Assembly (NCBI GenBank): GCA_041736175.1
Contig: JBGSUI010000059.1
Location: forward strand, 71,871-135,870
DNA: 64,000 bases
Origin: Oligoflexales bacterium
GTDB taxonomy: Bacteria; Bdellovibrionota_B; Oligoflexia; Oligoflexales; CAIYRB01
Direction: 5' to 3'
Shown in pieces: positions 1 to 8,495 of this stretch (position 1 is its first letter; each line of letters opens with the position of its first letter). Made by a program: the position numbers and the translations under genes. The notes under the pieces were generated by a model. That model had not been told where the DNA came from, searched no databases, and worked only from the letters and a program-made list of their open reading frames with translations.

Positions 1-923
1 CTGTTGCGCAAACGATCTTCGATATCAGGAATATCCTTTGGGAAGAGATCAGAAGTGATGACTATTTGCTTTTTAGCAGCGTAAAGGGAGTTAAAAGTAT
101 GAAAAAACTCCTCTTGAGTTGCTTTTTTTCCCGAAATAAATTGGATATCATCCACCAAAAAGACGTCGCAGTTGCGGTATTTCTGTCTAAAATCCCACAT
201 TTTTGTAAAGCGCAGACAATAAATCATCTCGTTCATAAACCGTTCGCTGGATATGTAAGTCACCACAGCATTGGGATTATTCTGAAGCACCAGATTACCA
301 ACAGCATGGAGGAGATGAGTCTTTCCAAGCCCGGAACTACCATAAATGAACAGCGGATTGTAAGCTTTACCGGGGTTTTCTCCAGCACTTAGACAGGTTG
401 CAGCAGCAAACTGATTTGAATCGCCTCGAACAAAGCTGTTAAAAGTATAAGAACTATTAAGCAAAACATCGACGGTCAAAGACCTAGAAAAAGCGGCATG
501 TTGCTGCTCATGGTCACTTTCGGCAAGAGAGGTCTGACGCGCTGGAGAGGTCTCTGAAAGTGGAGATATGCTGTTATGGGAATTGAGTATATCGTCAGGA
601 TTATCAAGCCCTAGGACTTCAAATCTTATTATAAAATTATCGAATCCTAGATCGGACTTGAGTTGTTCGACTTGGTCTAAAAAGCGATTGTGAAGACCTT
701 GGTAGAAAACGAGATTGGGAAGTTGTACTAAAAACTCGTTAGGTCCCACTCGAGTCGCCACAAGGGGGGCAATCCATTTCTGATAGGAATCATCATCAGC
801 CGAAAGCTTAAGTTGCTCTTTGATCCTGGACCAAAGATCGTTGCCCTTAGCGGTTAGTGAACCCAAATCATCATTGTCAAGACAAGGGGACATAACGGCG
901 GATTTTATGGATTCTTTGTTCAT
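1..923 (-). CDS. dnaA: Chromosomal replication initiator DnaA, 5' part (runs off the window start; missed by the ORF track)
   Basis: Manual reverse-strand translation gives ENPGKAYNPLFIYGSSGLGKTHLLHAVGN (Walker A) and FLVDDIQFISGKKATQEEFFHTFN (Walker B). In-frame ATGs at 923 and 893. Confidence 0.97.
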   Translation of the reverse strand, partial: MNKESIKSAVMSPCLDNDDLGSLTAKGNDLWSRIKEQLKLSADDDSYQKWIAPLVATRVGPNEFLVQLPNLVFYQGLHNRFLDQVEQLKSDLGFDNFIIRFEVLGLDNPDDILNSHNSISPLSETSPARQTSLAESDHEQQHAAFSRSLTVDVLLNSSYTFNSFVRGDSNQFAAATCLSAGENPGKAYNPLFIYGSSGLGKTHLLHAVGNLVLQNNPNAVVTYISSERFMNEMIYCLRFTKMWDFRQKYRNCDVFLVDDIQFISGKKATQEEFFHTFNSLYAAKKQIVITSDLFPKDIPDIEDRLRN

Positions 924-1197
924 CGATCAACTTCTTAAGGCAGAATTCCTTATGGTAACGAGCTCTTGGGCCAAGAGCGTTCCCACGGTCGTCAACAACT
1001 CTCAAGCTAAGTCACTGATGTAAGGTTGGGTCGTCGACAGGTTCACTTGATTAGAACAAAAAAAGCGGATCAAGAGGCAACCTGTTCGTGTAAAACAGCA
1101 AGGGAACCTACCATGGGTAAGAGCCTAAGAGCAAGTGATTTATCAGGTGGAAAATCGAATAAAATCGGTGAGATATATTTTACTCGGGGAGTTAAGC

Positions 1198-1410
1198 GTG
1201 TCACAGGGATTAGGTAGAGCTTTTTCATTGGCCTTAGCCGCACAAATGCAAATTATTGGACTTTTAGTAACGGGTTGGTTATTAGGTCAATGGCTCAATA
1301 AGGAGTACCCCATAGAGATGAGCTGGTACTTTATAACATTTCCCGTTTGTGTAGTAGCCATGATTCATACTTTGTACAAAATGTATATTTTTATTAAAAA
1401 GAAAACCTAA
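1198..1410 (+). CDS. AtpZ/AtpI-family small membrane protein
   Basis: Two hydrophobic segments with GWLLGQWLNK motif, first gene of the atp cluster. GTG at 1198 follows GGGGAG; the ORF track extends it to 1135. Confidence 0.7.
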   Translation: MSQGLGRAFSLALAAQMQIIGLLVTGWLLGQWLNKEYPIEMSWYFITFPVCVVAMIHTLYKMYIFIKKKT

Positions 1411-1411
1411 C

Positions 1412-1834
1412 ATGTACCACAAAATTTTAATCTTCATTGGAATCAATTTTAGTCTCGCTGTTATTATATTAATGAGGATAAAAAATCCCTTGGAAGCCTA
1501 TAGTTTTATTGCAGGCCAAACCATCTTTGGTTCTAGTTTTTTGGCACAGGTGATCCTAGTGCGAAGGTTTCTTGGTCTGGGCCAGACATCGTCGGTCAAC
1601 ATCTCAGATCAATCGGGGTTTTTAGTAATGATGTTGGCAAAGTTTGGATTTTTGGGTCTAAGCATCTGGGCAGTGATCTCTTATCTACATTGGCCTCCAG
1701 TGTTTTTAATCGGAGGCCTGGTCACGGGCTTAGGAGTCTTAGCAGCGGTCTTTTACCTTATCCAGCCGGGCTCAGCGGAAAAAATCATCGAGACACCCTA
1801 TAACGAGAAGAATCCATCGAGCCATCGGGCTTGA
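1412..1834 (+). CDS. atpI: ATP synthase protein I-like membrane protein
   Basis: Four hydrophobic segments, directly upstream of atpB. Confidence 0.65.
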   Translation: MYHKILIFIGINFSLAVIILMRIKNPLEAYSFIAGQTIFGSSFLAQVILVRRFLGLGQTSSVNISDQSGFLVMMLAKFGFLGLSIWAVISYLHWPPVFLIGGLVTGLGVLAAVFYLIQPGSAEKIIETPYNEKNPSSHRA

Positions 1835-1963
1835 ATAATCGTATCAGTCGAGGTATTTAGGTGATCCCGAACGTTGAGAAAACAGTAGGATCAGAAGCTA
1901 AATCCATTATGATCAGATAAATGACAAGGTCAGAGATCACTCACAGCTCGAAATAGGTGGCAC

Positions 1964-2758
1964 TTGGAATACGCTCAAAGGAATCATGGCAAAGTCAAGG
2001 GGTTGGTTGGTATAGCCTGTTTAATGATGGCGTCCCATGCCAGGGCGGCAGGGGGATTAATCCATCCAATCAATTATTATGAGGTCTTATCTCATAAATT
2101 GGGAATCGATAAGATGTGGATGCCAACGTTGGCAGCACTTTTCGCGACGATGATTCTCATTTTCACGGGTATTTTATACCGGCGGTCTATAGAAACAGCG
2201 GCGAGTCCAGGTCGGCCTACGGGGCGTTTTGGCCTAAGGTTTCTGGTCGAAAAAAGTCTCGATGGGATGTACGGACTCGCTCAAGATGCGGCAGGTGAAA
2301 GGGCAGGGGAGCACTTTGGGATTTTAGCGGGGCTGTTTTTGTTCATAATCTTAAATAATCTTATGGGTCTAGTTCCGGGGTTAGCCCCGGCTACGTTAAG
2401 TATGGACACCAATGTTGGGATGGGTCTGGTGGTTTTCGTATACTATAATTATGCCGGCATAAAAGAGCATGGAGCTGGATATATAAAACATTTCTTTGGT
2501 CCAGTCGCTTTTATCGCTCCTCTTATGTTTTGTATAGAACTAGTCAGTCATGGGTCTAGACCACTGTCTTTGGGACTACGCCTAGCAGGCAATATCTTCG
2601 GAGATCACACATTGTTAACGGTTTTCACAACCTTGACTTATGTTATTTTTCCGGCAGCACTGCTATTTTTTGGGTTGCTTGTCTCAGTCGTTCAAAGCTA
2701 TGTCTTCGCCTTGCTGTCGAGCATCTATATATCGATGGCAGTGTCTCATGATCATTGA
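1964..2758 (+). CDS. atpB: F0F1 ATP synthase subunit a
   Basis: NLMGLVPG, RPLSLGLRLAGNIFGDH (essential Arg), VQSYVFALLSSIYI. Confidence 0.97.
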   Translation: MEYAQRNHGKVKGLVGIACLMMASHARAAGGLIHPINYYEVLSHKLGIDKMWMPTLAALFATMILIFTGILYRRSIETAASPGRPTGRFGLRFLVEKSLDGMYGLAQDAAGERAGEHFGILAGLFLFIILNNLMGLVPGLAPATLSMDTNVGMGLVVFVYYNYAGIKEHGAGYIKHFFGPVAFIAPLMFCIELVSHGSRPLSLGLRLAGNIFGDHTLLTVFTTLTYVIFPAALLFFGLLVSVVQSYVFALLSSIYISMAVSHDH

Positions 2759-2849
2759 TGGAAGAGGTCTCTTGAGGTGGTCTATGGTAACTCAGTCCGC
2801 CTTTGGGTGAGGGGAATTTTAAGCTGTTAAGCTAGATCGAAAGGAAAGT

Positions 2850-3167
2850 GTGATGAAGAGTTTTCTTACAAGGTTTGGTACGGTTATCGGCGGTATGATG
2901 ATGAGTTCTGCAGCCCTTGCCCAAGAGGCAGGTTCAAGTTACGGTGGCAATGGTCTTGTCGCTATCGGAGCAGCTCTGTCGGTTGGGTTAGCAACATTTG
3001 CTGCGGCGTCATCTCAAGGCAAAACAGCTTCAGCAGCCTTGGAAAGTATCGGTAGAAATCCCGGTGCTAGAGATGCATTAAACCAGCCACTCATTCTTGG
3101 TTTGGTTTTTATGGAGTTTCAAGCACTTTTGGGATTTGTAATTGCCATTATGTGGACCTTAAAATAG
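2850..3167 (+). CDS. atpE: F0F1 ATP synthase subunit c with N-terminal leader
   Basis: Helical hairpin with RNP loop and Glu in LVFMEF. Start is GTG 2850 or ATG 2853. Confidence 0.95.
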   Translation: MMKSFLTRFGTVIGGMMMSSAALAQEAGSSYGGNGLVAIGAALSVGLATFAAASSQGKTASAALESIGRNPGARDALNQPLILGLVFMEFQALLGFVIAIMWTLK

Positions 3168-3189
3168 TCTTCCATTGGTAAACCAAAAG

Positions 3190-3225
3190 AAAAAAAGACC
3201 CAGAGCAAGCTGGGTCTTTTTTTTT
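3190..3225. terminator. Intrinsic terminator after atpE, potentially bidirectional
   Basis: AAAAAAAGACCCAG-agcaag-CTGGGTCTTTTTTTTT: perfect stem with A tract before and T tract after. Confidence 0.9.
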
Positions 3226-3380
3226 GTCAAATTTCAGGTAGTTGAAATATACTAAAAACATAAAAAAGGTTAGTCTCGACAAGGCTAGACTTACTAAGAT
3301 CGCTATTAATCATTAAATAATAGATACTTATAAACTTACAATAAACAAAGATAGATTGTTTAAACCACTGAAAATAGGTA

Positions 3381-3396
3381 TGTTCCACGTGGAACA
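3381..3396. promoter_or_regulatory. parS site 1 (perfect palindrome extends over 3375-3402)
   Basis: TGTTCCACGTGGAACA matches the bacterial parS consensus TGTTNCACGTGAAACA; lies upstream of parAB. Confidence 0.95.
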
Positions 3397-4323
3397 TACC
3401 TACTCATCCAGAATGTTAGGAAAAATTGGTTACTCCTCGCCTAAGATGGATTTCTCCCTTTCTGTTTGAGTCACTTTATGTGGAGTAGTAAGAGTAGTAT
3501 CAACGTATCAGTCAATTTCGGGGGCAGTACCAAATTTTTTCCAATAAGCCTAAAGTCATTAAAAAAATTTTGGTTTCAGGTGCCCAGAAGTCTGAAATCT
3601 AGGTTCAAAGAACGGATTTTAAATGTAAAAATCATTCGAAGGAATATTTTTAGATTAAAGAGTGCTCAAATCACTGATCTCAGTCCAGTTAGAGAGGCAC
3701 AAAATAGCTAAGTAAAAAAATTTATTGAAATCAGACTGAAAAAAGCGAAGAAGGGCTGAACGTAGGGAGTAAAATCACAAAAAAAATTGCATTGAAGGCT
3801 ATTTATTTTTTCTAAAACCTTTTTAGGGGGCTTTTTGGTCGATTAGCGCACCAAATTTTTTAAGAACTAATCTTTTAGTAAGTGTTTTTTGGTCTCCAGC
3901 GGCTAATTATCACCGTTAGGTTTCCACACCTTAAAGAACTTAGAATCGATCCTGGCTAAAATCGGTTTTTTGCCAGCCGCAACATCCGATCGAGGCTCAA
4001 AATTAGAACCCAAGTGATCTATATCTAAATCTGGAGCTGAATAATTTTTTTTAACTAGGGATGGTGGGCATTTAAAATCACAACGGAAGTATTTTAAATG
4101 AGCCTAAAATTTTTTCTGACTAAAATTTGCTAAAGAGCCTTTCATAAGTCTATGACCCTCAAAGATCACCAATGGCAAATTCATCGAGAAAGGCATCAGA
4201 GCTTTATGGTTTGCAATCTATCCTCATGTAAGAGTGATTATGCAATAATGCCCTCTATAGAGTTGAGCGCAGGCTTTGAAAGGTTCATGTTTATTTAGCC
4301 TAGAGTAGGATGTTTAAAACCGA

Positions 4324-4339
4324 TGTTCCACGTGGAACA
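4324..4339. promoter_or_regulatory. parS site 2 (perfect palindrome extends over 4316-4347)
   Basis: aaaaccga-TGTTCCACGTGGAACA-tcggtttt. Confidence 0.95.
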
Positions 4340-4512
4340 TCGGTTTTTGACCATATTATCGCTAATATACCCCAATGAACATTGAATAGAGTCCACAGCG
4401 ACTTCCCATGACAAACAAACTTGACTCACCAATAAAGGGCATTTAAGTCCTAGTCGTCCTAGGGTGGAAGAGTTGGTGGTCAGAACGCGCTGATTATTAT
4501 AACTAAAACCGA

Positions 4513-4528
4513 TGTTCCACGTGGAACA
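4513..4528. promoter_or_regulatory. parS site 3 (perfect palindrome extends over 4504-4537)
   Basis: taaaaccga-TGTTCCACGTGGAACA-tcggtttta. Confidence 0.95.
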
Positions 4529-4687
4529 TCGGTTTTACGAGGTAATATCAGTGATATAGCACTTTTGGTGCTTCAGGGACTCTAGCAACCCCAGAAGTGG
4601 AACCAATCAGTAGTAGTAGGCCTTTGGATAGTCAATTTTGTAAAAAAAGTGGTATGGTTAAGTCACTATTATTATCACTAAAACAGA

Positions 4688-4703
4688 TGTTCCACGTGGA
4701 ACA
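4688..4703. promoter_or_regulatory. parS site 4
   Basis: TGTTCCACGTGGAACA with imperfectly palindromic flanks. Confidence 0.95.
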
Positions 4704-4870
4704 TTGATTTTATTTAATGAAATTAGCATGTTATGTGCATTTCTGGCTTAAAGCTAATATTATCGGTGAGTTATTGGATTATGCAGATAAGCCAGTCGAG
4801 AAGTTAGACATGTAAACATTAGCAAAAAAGATAAACTCTTTAACATACTGATATTATTATAAATAGGAGA

Positions 4871-4886
4871 TGTTCCACGTGGAACC
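4871..4886. promoter_or_regulatory. parS site 5 (one mismatch)
   Basis: TGTTCCACGTGGAACC, 100 bp upstream of the parA start. Confidence 0.9.
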
Positions 4887-4985
4887 AAAATTTAGTGAGT
4901 TGTTCTGGAGAGTTGTCCGAAGTCCCAAAGAAATGTATAACGCTGTCAATTGATCTGATGGATTCTACCCGTTAGGAGGTCTTAC

Positions 4986-5801
4986 TTGGCTAAAATAATC
5001 GCAGTTTCAAATCAGAAAGGGGGAGTCGGCAAAACAACGAGTGCGATTAATATTGCATCATGTATTGCCGTATCTGAAAAAAGAGTACTGTTGGTTGATT
5101 TGGATCCCCAAGCGAATGCAACCAGTGGATTGGGTTTTGTGAGAGGGGATTTTGATAAGAGCATCTATGAAGTCTTAGTGGATGATGAGCCTATAGAAAA
5201 TGTCATTCAGCGTACTGAATTGCCATGTCTTAACTTGCTTCCTTCGACCCAGGATCTAGTAGGCGCAGAGGTGGAGTTGGTGTCTGCTTTAGGTCGAGAA
5301 TCAAGACTTCAAGAAGCCCTCAAAAAAGTAGAATCGATCTATGATTATGTCATTATTGATTGTCCGCCAGCGCTCGGAATTTTAACGGTCAATGCTTTAA
5401 CCGCTGCTCACTCTGTTCTGATTCCAGTGCAATGTGAATACTATGCAATGGAAGGTCTCTCTCAACTATTAAAAACAATCAGTCTTATAAAAAAGCGGCT
5501 CAATCAAGCCCTTGAAAGAGAGGGTATTTTATTAACAATGTATGACAAACGGAATAATCTTTCCCATCAGATTGAGTCAGAAATCCGAAAGCACTTTGGA
5601 GAAGAGGTTTTTTCATGCGTCATCCCCAGAAATATAAAGCTTACGGAAGCACCGTCACACGGCAAACCGATCGTATTATATGATATAGGCTGTCCCGGAG
5701 CCCTAGCGTATATGCAGTTGACTAGTCATCTTTTGGCTAAACATAGTAACCAAGAGGTTTATTCACAGACTGATCACAGTCAGACTCGGCCACAACTTTA
5801 A
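4986..5801 (+). CDS. parA: Chromosome partitioning ATPase ParA/Soj
   Basis: KGGVGKTT deviant Walker A, DLDPQANAT, DCPP, EAPSHG. TTG start after AGGAGG. Confidence 0.97.
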   Translation: MAKIIAVSNQKGGVGKTTSAINIASCIAVSEKRVLLVDLDPQANATSGLGFVRGDFDKSIYEVLVDDEPIENVIQRTELPCLNLLPSTQDLVGAEVELVSALGRESRLQEALKKVESIYDYVIIDCPPALGILTVNALTAAHSVLIPVQCEYYAMEGLSQLLKTISLIKKRLNQALEREGILLTMYDKRNNLSHQIESEIRKHFGEEVFSCVIPRNIKLTEAPSHGKPIVLYDIGCPGALAYMQLTSHLLAKHSNQEVYSQTDHSQTRPQL

Positions 5802-5832
5802 CGTCGCTTATTTTTTATAAGGTCCTTAAAAC

Positions 5833-6756
5833 ATGGTTCAAAATTTAGATAAATCAGTCCCAAGAAAAGGTGGCCTAGGCAAAGGAATCTCGTCTCTCCT
5901 AGGCGACGAGGCTGCCACCGACCACCCCGCAGTCCTAACACCAAGTATGGAAGTAAGTGCTACGCAGTCCATGATCCTTGATTTACCAATAGAGCTCATC
6001 GTTGCAAATCCGAGGCAACCACGAAAATATTTCGATGAAGCTCAGCTCACAGAGCTTTCAGAAAGCATTGGAAAGGATGGGATCATCCAACCCATTATTG
6101 TATCTCCCCACTCTCAAAAGGGTATTTATATTATCGTGGCTGGAGAGCGACGTTGGAGAGCAGCAAAATTGGCTGGAATTCCTAAGATCCCGGTCTTGGT
6201 CAAGGAAACTGCTGAAAAAGATCTCTTGCGCGTAGCCTTAATAGAAAACATCCAAAGACAAGACCTTAATATCATTGAGGAAGCAGAGGCTTACCAGCTC
6301 CTTATACAAGAGCAGTCGCTCACCCACGACCAATGTGCAGAGATGGTTGGCAAGGATCGAGCTTCTATAAGCAACACGATTCGCCTGTTGTCTTTACCCA
6401 GGGAGATCCAAGACGATGTTTCCAATGGGCGTATGACCATGGGGCATGGCAAGGCTATTCTTGGACTTGAGAACCAAAAACTTATGTTACGTTGTCGCGA
6501 AATGATCCTGAAACGTCAGCTTAACGTAAGGCAGACCGAACAGCTTGTACAGAATCTAAAAAATCCCAAAAAAAAGCAAGAGCCCGGCAGCCTCCAGGAC
6601 GCTGACTTAAACTATCTTGCAGAAATGCTCCGTTCTTATTTTCAGACAAAGATAAAGATTTCAGGGAAATCATCAAAAGGGAAAATTGAGATTTCTTATT
6701 TCTCGGCATCCGAACTTGAAAGGCTGCTCAAACTGATGGGACAACCCTTAGGCTAA
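5833..6756 (+). CDS. parB: Chromosome partitioning protein ParB/Spo0J
   Basis: GLGKGISSLL N-terminal peptide, NPRQPRK, AGERRWRA, ENIQRQDL, HTH region. Confidence 0.97.
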   Translation: MVQNLDKSVPRKGGLGKGISSLLGDEAATDHPAVLTPSMEVSATQSMILDLPIELIVANPRQPRKYFDEAQLTELSESIGKDGIIQPIIVSPHSQKGIYIIVAGERRWRAAKLAGIPKIPVLVKETAEKDLLRVALIENIQRQDLNIIEEAEAYQLLIQEQSLTHDQCAEMVGKDRASISNTIRLLSLPREIQDDVSNGRMTMGHGKAILGLENQKLMLRCREMILKRQLNVRQTEQLVQNLKNPKKKQEPGSLQDADLNYLAEMLRSYFQTKIKISGKSSKGKIEISYFSASELERLLKLMGQPLG

Positions 6757-6892
6757 CAAGGTCACAAGTTTTTGAGTAGATATTTAGAATCAGGCTTGTT
6801 TGCTTTTAAAAAGTACGTTATTCGTTCAGCCCCAGAGATTGTCGTCGTTTTTCTTAGGGCCATGGACATTTTCTTAGCATGGTGGGTTATAG

Positions 6893-7333
6893 ATGGCAGC
6901 AGAACTAGATTTGATCCCAAAGTTACCAGTTTTAGCAGTACAAACGGGCATTTTTTTAGCCAATCTGGCTATTATTAAAAAGCTTTTTGTGGCCCCTTAC
7001 CTTAAGGTGAGAGCCGAGCGGGAGACGGCGACCCAAGGTAGCCGAGAGGAAGCTATCAAACTTCAAGCTGAAGCCAAAGAGATTGAAGAGGAGTTGCAAC
7101 GACGGATGTCCGAAGGTCTCAAGCAGATCCGAGACCAGAGAGAAACTATTCGTAAGGAAGCGATGGTCATGCGCCAGTCTCTAATCGAGCAAGCTGTCAA
7201 AGAAGCAAATTCTTGGACTGATGGTGCCGAAAAAGAACTGAGCCAAGTTCTTCAGCGAGAAAAAGCAAAAATTCCGGCAGTTGTTGCTGGGCTAAAGGAA
7301 GAGATCTATAGGCTTACCTTAAGCGCGTCGTGA
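6893..7333 (+). CDS. ATP synthase F0 subunit b'
   Basis: One N-terminal TM segment plus charged coiled coil; first of two b-type genes before atpH. Confidence 0.85.
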   Translation: MAAELDLIPKLPVLAVQTGIFLANLAIIKKLFVAPYLKVRAERETATQGSREEAIKLQAEAKEIEEELQRRMSEGLKQIRDQRETIRKEAMVMRQSLIEQAVKEANSWTDGAEKELSQVLQREKAKIPAVVAGLKEEIYRLTLSAS

Positions 7334-7377
7334 GATGATCTAGCGAAAATGACTACCAAGAAAAAAGGAAGACAGAT

Positions 7378-7878
7378 ATGGAGCATGTGGATGTGACCTT
7401 GGGAGTGATTATACCCTACGTCAATTTTTTTACCTTTTTAGTAGCCGCCTTCATTCTCTTTAAAAAGCCAGTGACAGAAGCAGCCAAAAAGGCACTCGCT
7501 TCATTTGACAAATTTTCCTTGGATGCTAAAGAGGAAAAAAGCACTGCTGAGACCAGATTAAGGCTGTTAAAGGAGAGGTTTTCTACCATTGATCAAGAGA
7601 TCGCAGCCATGCGAAAGGTGGCTGAAGAAACCTCAAAGGTCGAAGAAAAGGACATAGTTGCCGAAGGTAAGCGACTTGCTGACCATATTCGGGAGGAGTC
7701 GCAACGAGTTTTTGAGGCTGAGGTTGAAAAAGCGCGACAAGCTATGAGCCAAGAAATCTTGGCGATTGTAAAAGGTGAAGTGGCCCAAAAAATTAGGCAA
7801 GAAGTCACAGTAGCAGACCAACATGGGATTATAAGCAGCCAGTTGAACCACCTCAAGGCTGTTCAAGCCATATCCTAA
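7378..7878 (+). CDS. atpF: ATP synthase F0 subunit b
   Basis: N-terminal TM (VNFFTFLVAAFILFKKP) plus coiled coil; operon context. Confidence 0.88.
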   Translation: MEHVDVTLGVIIPYVNFFTFLVAAFILFKKPVTEAAKKALASFDKFSLDAKEEKSTAETRLRLLKERFSTIDQEIAAMRKVAEETSKVEEKDIVAEGKRLADHIREESQRVFEAEVEKARQAMSQEILAIVKGEVAQKIRQEVTVADQHGIISSQLNHLKAVQAIS

Positions 7879-7891
7879 AAGGGAGCGAATC

Positions 7892-8449
7892 ATGTCTCGA
7901 GTCGCAAGAAGGTACGCCAAAGCTCTCTTTAAATTGGCAGAGGGCAATCTCAAGGAAGCACGCCAGACACTTTCAAGTCTAGAAGTCCTAGAAGACCTTT
8001 TTGAAATCAAAGATTCAGCAAAAATTCTCAATAGTCCCGTGATGCCATCGGGTTTGAAGCGAGACATTTTGGATTATGGTCTCAAGGTGGGCCAGGCTGG
8101 TGCTAATGTAATCCAGATCGTTGACTATATTGTGGGGACTCGGCGAGAGTCCATCATTCCTAAGCTTGTGACAGCCTTTCGAGACCTTATCGATTCATCA
8201 GAGGGAATAGCTAGAGGTCAAGTGACTTCCACGGTTCCTCTGAGTCAACCAGAAAAAGACCTCCTGGTGGCGGAGCTTAAACATCTTCTCCATAAGGACG
8301 TTATTTTAAAAGAGATGATAGATCCAAATCTTCTAGGAGGGATGGTAGCCCAAGTGGGCCATTTTCTAATTGATATGAGTCTTAAGACAAAACTCGAGGG
8401 TATTGGGCAGCATGTGATCCAAAACCAGATTGAAAAAGCCAGCCATTAA
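7892..8449 (+). CDS. atpH: ATP synthase F1 subunit delta
   Basis: VARRYAKALF; IDPNLLGG...IDMSLKTKL. Confidence 0.95.
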   Translation: MSRVARRYAKALFKLAEGNLKEARQTLSSLEVLEDLFEIKDSAKILNSPVMPSGLKRDILDYGLKVGQAGANVIQIVDYIVGTRRESIIPKLVTAFRDLIDSSEGIARGQVTSTVPLSQPEKDLLVAELKHLLHKDVILKEMIDPNLLGGMVAQVGHFLIDMSLKTKLEGIGQHVIQNQIEKASH

Positions 8450-8495
8450 AAAGCATTCGTTATTTGCTCAAATGTAGTGATGAGGAGGACCCGAT

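Noticed and set aside
66..392. 108-aa plus-strand ORF
   Set aside because: Antisense shadow of dnaA.
3466..3711. 81-aa ORF in the parS region
   Set aside because: TTG start with no RBS and low-complexity Lys/Phe/Ser composition reflecting A/T tracts.
4316..4886. Regularly spaced palindromic repeats as a CRISPR array
   Set aside because: The intervening sequences (about 150-170 bp) are far too long for spacers, no cas genes are present, and the core is the parS consensus next to parAB.
924..4985. oriC within this window
   Set aside because: No cluster of good TTATCCACA boxes found by eye; the origin may lie downstream of dnaA outside the window. Not excluded.
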